Shown in pieces: positions 49,793 through 61,253 of a stretch of 64,000 bases of DNA (its first letter is position 1; every line of letters starts with the position of its first letter). The stretch comes from Candidatus Latescibacterota bacterium. Its GTDB lineage: Bacteria; Latescibacterota; UBA2968; UBA8231. Both the position numbers and the translations under genes were made by a program. The stretch spans positions 1,600,001 through 1,664,000 of the forward strand of contig OZ220089.1 in assembly GCA_964291625.2 (NCBI GenBank), written 5' to 3'. The notes under the pieces were generated by a model. It worked only from the letters and a program-made list of their open reading frames with translations, made no database searches and had not been told where the DNA came from.

Positions 49793-50200
49793 AGATCGAC
49801 TATAAAGGCGCCCCGGGTCGCGAAGACTACTACTGGTGGGAGCAACTCGCGGACGGCGTACTGCAGGCAGAACCCGATCCTGGCAATGCGCTCAACTTCG
49901 TCGGAGCGGATGAGTTTTTGACGGAGAGATGTTCATCGGTTTCTAACCCTACCAGGAAGCCACGGTAGAGTCGGATCAGGTGGTCCTCGTGAGACAGCTC
50001 TCCTTATCGAAAGAGGCCTTCCAATACTACTTCCTGCTCTTCGAGGAAACAGGGCAAATCCCCTCTTCCCCACGCCTGCGTCGTTGATCAGGGGCAACGT
50101 GGAGAGTCTGACCAACCCCCAGCGATTTGCATTGGGATACTTCGGAGCCAGCGAAGTGGATGCTGCCGAACTGCAAATCGTGGAGGAGCGAGGACCCTGA
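49520..50200 (+). pseudogene. DUF4249-like lipoprotein remnant (5'-truncated, frameshifted)
   Basis: Fragments GRTYTLEI, EDYYWW, LSKEAFQYY, IRGNV, ALGYFGASEV lie across frames with an internal stop. Confidence 0.6.
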
Positions 50201-50226
50201 GCAGGACGGATTGCCATCTCCCGCCG

Positions 50227-51819
50227 CTACTCGAAGGGCTCGAAGAAGGTCAGGTCCGTTCCGAAGTCGTCCATGGCGACCGCCTCGTCGCCGCGGAAGC
50301 GGACCCGGGTGCGCAGGTTGCGCCAGGTCAGCTCGGTCTCGCGCAACGGCAGGTCGAGGTCGAACTCGATCCAGCGCCCCACGGCGGGATCGTCCAGCAC
50401 CAGGTAGCCCCCGACATGCCGGGCGGACCCACCCCCGTCCACGGTGACCCGCGCCGGATCCGCCCACGAGGGCCGGCGCACGTGCAGGGCGCCCGGCTGC
50501 CGCAGGCGGACGCCGAGGCGGCCGTGGGTGTAGGGGGAGCGCACCTCGATCTCGGGGGTGGCCCGGTCGAAGAGCAGGTTGACCCAGTGGCCGTCCTCGT
50601 CGCGGCGGGTGGTCTGGCGCAGGGCCTCGCAGAGGGAGCCGACGGCGCCGCCGACGATGTCGAGGTTGAAGCCGACGCGGGGCTTGTTCGACTCCCACAG
50701 GCCCGCGGGCTCGTGGCCGTAGGGGGCCGGGAAGCCGAACCCGCCGCGCAGCCGCTCGCCCACGCACCGGAGGCCGTCCACCCCCTCCGGGTTGTCGGGC
50801 TCGACGACGAAGGAGACGTCCCGCAGCTGGCTGGGCAGCAGGTGGGAGCGCAGGATGCGCTCGGCGTCCTCGTAGTACTCCGGGTGGCCGTGGGCGCCCA
50901 GGATCAGGGCGGTCTCGACGATGTCGCCGGTGTTGTTGGCCTCCCCGCGCAGGCAGTCGCTGGCCGGATCGGTGACCTCGATCGACCAGCCGATCTGGTC
51001 CCGCATCTCCCACAGGCCGTTGTCGTAGAACGCCTTCACCCGCGCCAGGAGGGCGGCGTCGCCGGTGTGATCGGCGAGCTGCGCCAGCGACGACATGACG
51101 CAGGTGGTGGAGTGGGCGTGGGGGCCGAAGAGGTCGTTGGAGAAGGCCCCGTCCTCGCCGAAGAACCCGCGCGTCGCCTTCTCCTTCAGCGCCAGGGCCA
51201 GCTCCAGGGCGGGCCCGCAGCCGGTGGCCCGGTGGATCTTGACCAGGGGGCCGATGGCCCGCGCCAGGCGCTGGATGAAGGTGCCCGCCTCGTCGCGCAG
51301 GACCTGCACGGACCAGTCGCCCTGCAGCCGCGGCAGGTCCCACCGCTCCCCGGGAAGCCAGTACTCGGTGATGAGGCGGATGCTGGCCTCGGCCTGCTCC
51401 AGGGCCCGGGACGAGTCCCGGTAGCGGGCCAGGGCGTAGAGTGCGTGGAAGCCCTCCCGCACGTCGTGGTCCTGCAGCAGGACGGGATCCCCCCGGCCGC
51501 CGGTGTGCCCGCCCCCCCGGTGCAAGGGCAGGGGCGCCCGGGAACAGGAGAAGAAGGCGGCCCGGGCGTGCTTGTCGACGGCGCTCTCCTCGAGGGTGAC
51601 GCCGGCGGCCTCCTCGGCGCTGAGCATGGCGTTGAGGTGGCGGCCCGGGATGTGGGACTCGAAGCTGCCGGCGAGCCGGGCGTCGGGGCGCACCCGGGCG
51701 CCGCCGAAGGGCAGGTCGCCGTCGTCGGCGTTGAAGCAGCGCGACATGCTCTGACAACCGAGGCGGATGGCGTCCGCCAAATCGGTGGTGTTGACGTCCT
51801 GGAGTCGGTGTCGCGGCAT
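50227..51819 (-). CDS. hypothetical protein, possibly a GH127-like alpha/alpha-barrel hydrolase
   Basis: Long ORF with host-like codon usage; C-terminal LHVRRPSWA beta-sandwich-like segment. Confidence 0.6.
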   Translation of the reverse strand: MPRHRLQDVNTTDLADAIRLGCQSMSRCFNADDGDLPFGGARVRPDARLAGSFESHIPGRHLNAMLSAEEAAGVTLEESAVDKHARAAFFSCSRAPLPLHRGGGHTGGRGDPVLLQDHDVREGFHALYALARYRDSSRALEQAEASIRLITEYWLPGERWDLPRLQGDWSVQVLRDEAGTFIQRLARAIGPLVKIHRATGCGPALELALALKEKATRGFFGEDGAFSNDLFGPHAHSTTCVMSSLAQLADHTGDAALLARVKAFYDNGLWEMRDQIGWSIEVTDPASDCLRGEANNTGDIVETALILGAHGHPEYYEDAERILRSHLLPSQLRDVSFVVEPDNPEGVDGLRCVGERLRGGFGFPAPYGHEPAGLWESNKPRVGFNLDIVGGAVGSLCEALRQTTRRDEDGHWVNLLFDRATPEIEVRSPYTHGRLGVRLRQPGALHVRRPSWADPARVTVDGGGSARHVGGYLVLDDPAVGRWIEFDLDLPLRETELTWRNLRTRVRFRGDEAVAMDDFGTDLTFFEPFE

Positions 51820-52069
51820 GGTTCCCGCTTTCCTGTATGGGTTGCTTCTTCTGCCTGACTCGCGGCCCTCATCGGGGTACAAGCCCGCGGCGGCGAGACA
51901 AGGTAGTCTGCCGCAACGGCCAGCGCGGGGAAGGGCCCGGGGAGTCGCCCCCGCGCAGCCCTCGACGGGCGACCCGGTGCCTTGCGACGCCGGTCTCCCT
52001 TCGGCGCTATCATTTCGACACCCAGCGGAACCGCGATTTCCCCCCCGACAGGAGAATCAAGGCAACGGC

Positions 52070-55000
52070 ATGGCAAACCCTCGCAGAACCCGCGCCCACC
52101 GCGACCCGTCCAGGCCCGGCCTCGGGCTCACCGCCATCCCCCGCCTGCCCTGTCCGGCCGGCGGGGGACCGGCATTCAGGACCCTGGCCTCCCGCGCACG
52201 GGCCTCGTGCCTCTTCCCCGCCCTCGCCCTCCTCCTCTCCGCCCTCCAGCCCGCCGGCGCCGACTCCGCCGGACCGGCCACCCTCCACCTCTCCTTCGAC
52301 GACTTCGGCTTCCTCGAGCACGACTTCGTCGCCCGGGGCGGCCACAAGACCATCGAGGAGAGGGGCCTGACCCTGGAGGAGGGGCGCTTCGGCCGGGGCC
52401 TGCGCATGAACCTGACCCCGCACATCGACCTGCGTGACGAGATGAGCGGCGGCGACCTGGACGAGGTCGTGGCCGTCATGTTCCGCACCCACAGGCACCG
52501 CGAGCACTGGACCACCGACAACCAGCCCTTCCTGTGGGGCGCCGGGCGGTTCAACACCGGCAGCGGCGCCGTGGCCTTCTGGGTGAAGGGCGAGCTGACG
52601 GAAGGGGAGCTGTTCAACCAGTCGGCCATGGCCTGGGGGCGGGCCGAGAAGCACCTGCTGGCGATCACCGTTGGCGCCGACCGGCGCCTCGCCGCCCATC
52701 TCGTGGACGCCCGCTACGTCCGCCACGAGATCCGCTCCCGGAAGGAGTGGGACCCGGACCGCTGGAACCACGTGGTCCTCAACTGGGACAAGGCCCGGGG
52801 GCTGGAGCTGATCGTCAACGGCGAGACCGCGGCCTCCGCCCGGGGCCGGGACGCCTGGTGGGAGACGGCCCTGCCCGGGCTCTTCCACCTGCCCATGCCC
52901 CACGTCGTGTACGACGAGCTGCACGCCTTCTCCCGCCCCCTGGGCCGGTCCGAGATCGAGGCGCTGGCGCGGACCAACACGCCGCCGGCTTCGACGGAGA
53001 CGACCGCGCGCACCCGCAAGGACCGCGACCGGCTGGCCCGCGCCTCGGGCCTGTCACCGGACGCGGACCTGCCCGTGCTCGAGCCCCTGGACGCCGGGCG
53101 CGCCCTGACCTTCACCGAGATCGTCCCCGCCTTCGTGGGCGAGGAGAACATCCCCGCCTTCTTCTGCCGCGACGGCCGCTACGAGCTGGCCTGGCCGCAC
53201 CCACAGGACGTGTTCACGCCGATCCCGGGGGACGCCGCCCACCAGGCCGAGAGGCTCGACGTGGACCCCGGCGAGGGCGCCGTCTTCAACTACCTCACCC
53301 TCGAGGGCCACTTCGCCGAGATCCCCGCCACCCTCACCGACCTGCGCCGCAGCGAGGAGGGGCTCTTCGAGGGCGACGTCTTCCTCGACCTGCCGCGGGA
53401 CGAACGCTTCTTCTTTGCCGCCACCCTGCCCCGCGAGGCCCACGGCCCCTTCCACCTGCCCTTTCTCCAGGGCTACGGAGCGCCCCCCGGCTTCGAGGGC
53501 GACCTGCGGCTGCCCCTCACCGGACCCACGCGGGTCCACGAGGTGGGCCTCTTCGACGTCACCCTGCAGCCGTACTCGCCGGAGCCCGAAGAGACGGCCT
53601 ACTACCTGCGCCGGGGAGGCGGCCTGGAGCCGCGGTACGACTTGGCCCTGCGGACCCAGCACGGCCTCGGGGAGCGCGAGACCCTCTTCGCCTACCGGAC
53701 CCCGCCCGAGGGGGACCCCCAGTGGGTGGAGACGGGCTACCTCAACCGGCTCCACCTGGTGACGGCGCCGGTGACCGGCAGGACCTGCGTCGGCGCCATC
53801 CTCCTCGACCTGCAGGTGCGGACGCGGAGCCGGGAGGACCTGCTCGTGGTGCGCCTGCGAGACCCCGGTCTGCCCCACCGGGTCTGGACCCACGCCGAGG
53901 TGAAGCTGCGCGGCTTCGACGGCGACGGCGGCCGGCTGCGACTGCTCCTCGACCCGCCCCCCCTCATCCTGCCCGCCGGCGACCGCATCTGGCTCGATGC
54001 CGCCAGCCACTACAACGCCCGCATCCGCATCGGCGGCCAGCCGGCGAGCCGCATCGTCCTGAGGAAGGCGCCCCTCGAGGCCTCGGAAGCGGCCTACGAG
54101 AGCAAGGGCCTGATGCCCGTGGTCGCCGAAGCCACCAAGGCCCACTACCGGCCCTGGATCTTCGAGCGCATCACGCCCGACCTCGACAACCCGCACACCC
54201 TGGGCGGCCACTTCGACTCCGTCATGCCGGCCCTGGCCGTGAGCCGGGTGCTGCCCCGCTCCATCATCGCCCAGGACTACCTCGACATGGCCGGCGTCCT
54301 GTCCCGGGCCCGCGAGGCCTACGGGCTGGCGGTGCCGCCGCCCGTCTCCTTCTCGCCGGACCGGGTGCCCGAGGGCGTGCCCCCCTGGGCCTGGCTGCAG
54401 CAGCGGCTCAAGGCGTTCCGCCTGCGCGTCATCGACTGGATGGTCCGCAACCAGAACTCGGACGGCCAGCTCGGCGAGGGCTGGAACGACGACGTCTTCC
54501 TCCTCGTGGGCCGCTACGACGTGCCCCTCGACAGCCACCCCGGGGCCCGGCGGATGTTCCGGCGGCTCTTCGAGGGCCTGGACCGCACCAACATGCTCGG
54601 CGGCGGCTGGGTGCGCATCTCGCCCATGGACCACTTCCACACGGAGGACCTCACCAGCACGCGGTTCCACTCCGTGCTCTACGAGCTCGGCGATCCCCAG
54701 GTCGTGCGCCGGGCCCTGGAGACGGCGTGGCACCTCGGCAAGCCGGACCGCACGCCCCAGTACTACTTCGGCGGCGGGCCCTTCCTCTACGACTACAACG
54801 TGCTGCGCTGGTACTGGGGAACCGGGCCGAGGCACGCCTACCGGAGCCCGCCGGAGGCCCAGGTCATGGGCAGCCTGATCCACTACCACAAGCAGAGCGA
54901 CGAGATGCGCTTCCGCCGCTACACGGAGGCCTGGAACGCCCGGCGCGGCGGCGAGCAGGTGATCACCGGCATGGTCCTGGGCGGCTGGGGCCAGTCGACG

Positions 55001-55651
55001 CGCAACCCCAACTCGGACGACCTGAGCATCACCCTCTCCTGGCCCCAGGGCGGCGGCCAGGACCTGGCCCAGTGGGTGACCTGGGCCGACAGCACCGGAC
55101 TGGAGTGCCGCCTGTTCTCCTTCGATCCCCTGCCCCGCCAGGTGACGGCGCGGCTCTACCGGATCGACCCCGGAACCTTCGAGATCACCCTCCACGAGTT
55201 CGAGGAGGGAGCCGCGGGAGAGACGCTGTGGTCCCGGCGCCGGGAGCTGCAGCGCTACGACACGATCACCCTGGAGGTGCCGCCGGGCCGCGAGGTGATC
55301 CTCGGCGTGCGTCGGGTCGAGCCCGCCCCCGGCGACGGCCTGCTGCCGGACCTCGCCGTGGCCGACTACGACTGCGAGCGGAGCGGCTCCACCCTGAGGG
55401 TGCGGGTCTCCAACGTCGGCGCAGAGGCGTCACCGCCGGCGCGGCTGGTCGTGCGCTCGGCGGAGGGGGCGGAGCTGGGGGACGCGGAGGTGCCGCCGCT
55501 CCCGGCGCCGACGGACTTCGTGGAGCGCTCCGCGTGGGTGGAGGTGGCGGGGCTGCCGCCGGCGGGTCAGCTGGTGGTTACGGTGGATCCGGGGGACGGG
55601 GTGCGGGAGCTGTACCGGGGGAACAACCGGGCGGTGGTGGGTGGGGGGTGA
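52070..55651 (+). CDS. large putative secreted protein with LamG-like N-terminal and CARDB-like C-terminal domains
   Basis: GAVAFWVK, WNHVVLNWD, YDELHAFSRPL...EI (LamG); PDLAV...VDPGDGVRELYRGNN (CARDB). Start uncertain. Confidence 0.72.
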   Translation: MANPRRTRAHRDPSRPGLGLTAIPRLPCPAGGGPAFRTLASRARASCLFPALALLLSALQPAGADSAGPATLHLSFDDFGFLEHDFVARGGHKTIEERGLTLEEGRFGRGLRMNLTPHIDLRDEMSGGDLDEVVAVMFRTHRHREHWTTDNQPFLWGAGRFNTGSGAVAFWVKGELTEGELFNQSAMAWGRAEKHLLAITVGADRRLAAHLVDARYVRHEIRSRKEWDPDRWNHVVLNWDKARGLELIVNGETAASARGRDAWWETALPGLFHLPMPHVVYDELHAFSRPLGRSEIEALARTNTPPASTETTARTRKDRDRLARASGLSPDADLPVLEPLDAGRALTFTEIVPAFVGEENIPAFFCRDGRYELAWPHPQDVFTPIPGDAAHQAERLDVDPGEGAVFNYLTLEGHFAEIPATLTDLRRSEEGLFEGDVFLDLPRDERFFFAATLPREAHGPFHLPFLQGYGAPPGFEGDLRLPLTGPTRVHEVGLFDVTLQPYSPEPEETAYYLRRGGGLEPRYDLALRTQHGLGERETLFAYRTPPEGDPQWVETGYLNRLHLVTAPVTGRTCVGAILLDLQVRTRSREDLLVVRLRDPGLPHRVWTHAEVKLRGFDGDGGRLRLLLDPPPLILPAGDRIWLDAASHYNARIRIGGQPASRIVLRKAPLEASEAAYESKGLMPVVAEATKAHYRPWIFERITPDLDNPHTLGGHFDSVMPALAVSRVLPRSIIAQDYLDMAGVLSRAREAYGLAVPPPVSFSPDRVPEGVPPWAWLQQRLKAFRLRVIDWMVRNQNSDGQLGEGWNDDVFLLVGRYDVPLDSHPGARRMFRRLFEGLDRTNMLGGGWVRISPMDHFHTEDLTSTRFHSVLYELGDPQVVRRALETAWHLGKPDRTPQYYFGGGPFLYDYNVLRWYWGTGPRHAYRSPPEAQVMGSLIHYHKQSDEMRFRRYTEAWNARRGGEQVITGMVLGGWGQSTRNPNSDDLSITLSWPQGGGQDLAQWVTWADSTGLECRLFSFDPLPRQVTARLYRIDPGTFEITLHEFEEGAAGETLWSRRRELQRYDTITLEVPPGREVILGVRRVEPAPGDGLLPDLAVADYDCERSGSTLRVRVSNVGAEASPPARLVVRSAEGAELGDAEVPPLPAPTDFVERSAWVEVAGLPPAGQLVVTVDPGDGVRELYRGNNRAVVGGG

Positions 55652-55688
55652 GGGCGGTGCGCCGCCGGCCGGTGGTCGAGTCGCCCCT

Positions 55689-58600
55689 TCAGCGCAGCAG
55701 CGTGAGCTTGCGCGTGTGCACCCCCTGGGCGGTCACCAACCGATAGAGGTAGACGCCGCTGGCCAGGGGGCGGCCCTGGTCGTCGCGGCCGTCCCAGCGC
55801 CGCTGGTGGAAGCCGGCCTTGTGCGGCCCCTCGTGCAGCACGGCCACCCGCTGGCCGGTCAGAGCGTAGACCTCCAGGCGCGCCGGGCCCTCCTGCAGCA
55901 GGAACCAGGGGATCACGGTCTGGCTGTTGAAGGGATTGGGCGCGTTCTGCTGCAGCTGCGGGCCGTCGGGCAGGCCGATCCGCTCCCGGGCCAGGGTCAG
56001 CAGCTTGGCCCGCGCCGGGTGACCGAAGCTCTCGGCGAAGAGGAAGAAGTCGGCGAAGTCGACCAACCCGCTGTTGTCCAGGTCGAAGCGGGGATCGCTG
56101 CTGCCGAAGGCCTCGGCGAAGAGGAAGAAGTCCTCAAAGCCGGTCACGCCGTCGCCGTCGAAGTCCGGGGACGGACGCGCGGTGGCGCTGAAGGTCACCG
56201 GCTCCAGACCGGCCACGGCGACCTCCACGGTGCTGGCCCCCGGCTCCCCGCTCAGGGTCAGGGTGATCGACGCGAGGCCCTCGGCGTCGGTGGTATCCGA
56301 GGTGGAGGAGAGGGTCCCCTGGCCGTCGGTGAGGGTGAAGGTGACCGGGGCCCCGGGCAAAGGGGAGCCGTTCTGGTCGCGCACGGCCACGACCAGGGAA
56401 TCCGCCAGCCGGGTTCCGACCGTGCCATGCTGCAGATCGCCGCGGACCTTGGTCAGGGTCCGGGGAACGGCGCGCCCCATGGCCCTGAAGGTCACGGGGT
56501 CGAGGCCGGCCACGGTCACCACAACGGTGTTGGCCCCCGGTTGCGAGCCCAGGGTCAGGGCGGTGGAGGCGAGGCCGTCAGCGTCGGTGGTGGCGGTGCT
56601 CACCGAGAGGGTCCCCTCGCCGGTAGTGACGAGGAAGGCGACGGCCGTGCCGGCCAGAGGCGCTCCCGTCTGGTCGAGGACAGAGACGACAAGGGGGCTC
56701 TGCAGGGGCTCTCCGGCCGGCGCCTCCTGCTCGAGGCCCCTGACCTTCGCCAAGGTCCAGGGAACCGCCAGGGTCGTGGCTGTGAAGGCTACGGGATCGA
56801 CCCCGGCCACCGTGACCTCGACGGTGGTCGGGCCGGGCGCATTGCCCAGGGTCAGGGTGGTGGAAGCCCGGCCGCGCAGGTTGGTCGTCGTGCTCTCCAC
56901 GGAGAGGGTCCCGTCGCCGGAGGTGACGGCAAAGGTGACCTCAACGTCCTTCAACCACGCGCCGTTCTGGTCCCTCACCTCGATGACAAAGGGCTCGTCC
57001 AGGGCAAGCCCGGGCCGCCCCTCCTGCTCTTCGCCGGAGAGCCTGGTCAGGCTCCTGGGATGGGGCAGGATCAGTCGCATGTCCCAGACGAGGACCGTCC
57101 CGGAGGAGGACCCGGAGACGAAGATCTGCTGTCCGGAAGAGAAAGCCAGGGACCCGGCATATATACCCCACACGGAGGCGATGTTCTCCTGGGTCTCGAT
57201 GTCCCATACCTCGATCGTACTTCTGTTGGAGCGGGTACTGCCGTTGAAGAGAAACAACCTTCCATCGGGGGAGAACGCTGCGACACCGTGGGCGCCGTTG
57301 GTATGGTCATTGGAGAGAGTGGCGATACGGGAGGCCGTCGCCACGTTCCACAACTCGACCGTACCACCCCATAGCCCCCCTGATGCAATTGGCGTCCCGT
57401 CAGGCGAGAACGACACAGCGAGAAGGAAATCCACGGGCAGCTCAAGGGTGGCTGTCTCGTCGCCCGTGGCCACGTCCCACAATCTGACCAGTGGATCCGT
57501 CCCGAATCCCGTCCCTTCCCCCGACGCAAGGGTTGTTCCATCGGGGGAGAACGCTACCGTTTGGACCCTGTCGGTGTGCCCATCGAGAGTCCATTCGCTG
57601 TCCCCCGTCGCCGTGTTCCACAGTTTGACCGTTCCATTTCCATGGCCCGAACCGATCCTCGTCCCGTCGGGCGAAAAGGCGACGACGTTGACCCAGCTCC
57701 GGAACTCATGCGACTCGAGAGTGAGTGTGCTGGTGCCCGTGGCCAGATCCCAGAGCTTGATCGCCGCATCCGAATCCCCCGAAGCAAGGGTCTTTCCATC
57801 AGGGGAGAAGGCCACGGCATTGAGCCTTCGGGTGTGCACCTCAAGAGTGGCGGTAATCCTGGCCATCGCTACATCCCACAGGTCGATCCTTCCCGACTCG
57901 AAGGCAGAGGCGACTGTCTTCCCATCGGGGGAGAGGGCCACGGAACGGACCCAACCCGGGTGCTCCCTCGTAAGGGTGGCGGCATCCCCCGTGGCCACAT
58001 CCCACAGCAGGATCGTGCCATCATGCGACCCGGAGGCAACGGTCCTGTCGTCGGAGGAGAAAGCTACAGACCTGACCATGGATCCATGACCTTCGAGAGT
58101 GGCGGTATTGGCACCTGTCGCCACGTCCCAGAGCTTGACGGAATTGTCCAGCGCCGCCGCCCCGGAAGCGAGGGTTCTGCCGTCGGGGGAAAAGGCCACG
58201 CTCATGACCCAGCTTGTGTGTCCTTCGAGAGTGGCGGTATCGGTCCCGGTCGCCACGTCCCAGAGCTTGATCGTGCGATCCATCGATGCTGATGCGAGCA
58301 TGCTCCCATCGGGGGAAAAGGCCAGGGACTGGATCACGTCCTTGTGCCCGTCCAGGGTGGCCAGGCTGCTGCCTGAAGCCACGTCGAAGAGCTTGACGGT
58401 ACCGTCAAGGGTCTCGGCGGCAAGGATCGTTCCATCAGGGGAAAAGGCGGCGGGGTGGCCTGCCCCTGGAGAGATGAACGCAGTATTGCTGCCCGTGGCC
58501 GCATCCCACAGGCTGATATTGCCGTTCCCCCCGGCGGCGAGGGTTGTGCCATCAGGGGAAAACCACAGCGCGCCGACCCAACTTGCGTGGCCCTCGGGGA

Positions 58601-61200
58601 TGGTGAAGATCTGGTTGCCCGAATCCATATCCCACAGACTGATCGTTCCATCCCCTGCGCCCGATGCCAGGGTTCTGCCGTCAGGCGAAATGGCCACCGC
58701 GGTGGCCCGCTCCCTGGGAGCAAGCAGCGCGTGCGGACGGAAGGTCGCCACATCGTAGAGCCAGACACCGGTAGTGCTGATGGCAGTGAGGTAGCGACCG
58801 TCCGGGGAAAGGGAGACGGCCTTGTCAATCGAACTGAGCCTCCCCCTTCCGAACCGCAGGACTGCACCCTCGGGCAGATGCCATGTATGGAAGTCACCCT
58901 CCATACCGGACATGTCGCTGCGGCTTCCCGTGGCGCTGAACGTCACGATCTCGAGCCCGGCAATCGTGGCCTCCACGGTGTTGGCTCCCGGCTCCGGCCC
59001 GAGGGTGAGGGGCATTTCCGCCCGGCCGCTGGCATCTGTCCTCATCCTCCTGAGAGTGAACCTGCCGCCGAAGTGGCCGTCGCCGTCGGTGACGGCAAAG
59101 GTGACTTCGACCCCGGGAGCGGGTTGTCGTACTGGTCTCTCACCTCGAGGACCAGGGGGTCATCCAGTTGAGCGCCGGCCGGGCCCACCTGGGTGTCTCC
59201 CGAAATGACGACCAGCCTCCTGGGGCGAGGCTGCAGCCACTCTGCCATGTCCCACAGTTCGACCGCGGCATCCGACCCGGCGGCGAGGACGCGGCCATCG
59301 GGCGAAATGGCCAGGGCACTGGCGCCCTTGGCCGGCGCCCGGAGAGTGGCCAGGTTGCGGCCTCCCCCAACGTCCCAGAGCTTGACATCCCCCTGGCGTC
59401 CCCCGGAAGCGAGCAAGGTCCCGTCGGGAGAGAAGACCACCGAGCTGACAGGCCGGCCATGCACCCCGAGGACGCTCACGCTCTCCCCCGTGGACGCATC
59501 CCACAGCCGGACCGTCCTGTCATCAGACCCCGAAGCGAGAATCCTGCCGTCGGGTGAGAAGGCCACCGCATTGACCTCCGGGCTCCAGCCGGAAGTCCCC
59601 GGATGCCGGACGACCGCGGTACTCGCCTGCGCCGCCATGTCCCACAGGGTGATCTGATCACCATCGGCAGCGGCGAGGATGCCGTCCGCGGAACGGCCAC
59701 GGCAGAGGCTCCGGCCGGCAGGGTGGCCGTGTGGGTGCGTGTGGTCATGTCCCACAACCGGATCTCATCGGCGTACGCGGCGGCGAGGACCGCGCCGTCG
59801 GGGGAGAAGGCCACCGAACCGGTCTGGCTCCCGGGTCCCAGGAGAGAGGCGAGGAACTCACCCGTCTCGGCGTTCCATAGAGCGATGTCGCGCGATCCGG
59901 CGGCGAGGGTTGCGCTGCCGGGTGAGAGGGCCAGGGCGTTGGTCCCGCCGGACAAGGGGGTTGAGGTCTGCCTGTCGATGTCCCACAGGCTGATCGCACC
60001 GAGGGAGGCCGAGGCCAGGGTGCCGTCGGCTGCAAAGGCCAACGAATGCACGGAACCTGCCTCCAGAGTGGAGACATGCTGCGGGGAGACCTCCCACAGC
60101 CGGTACTGGGACCAGCTGGTATTGCCGTTCCTGTCCGTGGCCAGAATGTGGATCGGATGCACGGGTGGGTCGGACAGATCGTACAGATTCCAGGTAGCGC
60201 CAGATGGAATGACACCGTCGTAGTCGATCTCCACGACGGTCACCTTCTCACCCGTCAGTTCCTGGCAGGTCTTCAGCTCGAGGCCGCCTGCGCCTATGTC
60301 CCCGTCGTGTGTCCATCTCGTATTCACGATCATCCTCACCTGGTGGAGCCCGTCGGCATCGTCGACCCTGAGTCGAACAGGGACGCTCTCCGAGCCTGCC
60401 GGATAGGCCCGCGACGAAAGGAGCTCGATGGCGGGGGGCTGGCCTTCCTCCACGCGCACCTCGGGGTTGAGGTACGCGTGCACGGCCAGGTGGGAGGCGG
60501 CACACGCGGACAGAGCCCTTCGATCTATCTGCCCATAGGACATGATGTAGGCATCGTCGTGGAAGTTGTGAGCCAGTCCGAAGACGTGGCCGAGTTCATG
60601 GGCCTTTGTCTGCCAGACAGCTCCTGCCGACACTACCGCGACACCGCTCTGCTTCGACCACCGGGCGGCCTTTCCCCAGGCGGATCTGCCGATCCGGTTT
60701 GAGCGATTGTCAATGACGAAGAGGTTGACATTCTTCGAGAGATCGAATCTCTGACCGATCTCTTCGTACATCGAGTAGAATGTGCGGTCGAGATAGTGGC
60801 TGTCCGGGTGTTGGCCGTCCACGCGGTGGACCACGGGCTCGCCGGCGTCGTCGGTCTCATAGGCGAAGGTCTTGCGGCCGTACCCGTGCACCTCCATCTG
60901 CTCGCCGAAGAAGGTCTGGATCGTGCGGATCTCATCCTTCATCCCCTGGATGATTCCCTCGCGGACAGGGCGGTCACTGGGCAGGAAATAGAACATCCGT
61001 ACCGTGCGGGGCTCGCCGGCGTTCAGGTCCGCCAGTCGCTTGCCCGCGCCCTGGACCTCGAGGTCCTGCAGCTCGATATCGAGGACTTGGCAGAAGTGCA
61101 GGCTGTCCGGGGGAAGGACGGTTGCGTGGACCAGCGAGACTGGCCGGGAGATCAAGCCAAGCAAGGCAAGACAGGCCAGGAGATGAACGGCAGGTTTCAT
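55689..61200 (-). CDS. large secreted metzincin-WD40-Ig(invasin-like)-dockerin-FlgD protein, split by two frameshifts (~59692 and ~59113)
   Basis: [11 protein letters not shown]; many AFSPDG..LASG..D.TVKLWD repeats; repeated VRDQNG.PL.G..VTF Ig domains; [16 protein letters not shown]; QNAPNPFN...[16 protein letters not shown]. Confidence 0.85.
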
Positions 61201-61253
61201 GATCCGTGCTCCTGGTTGTGGCGATTCGGACTCGTAGAAGCGGGGCAACAAGG

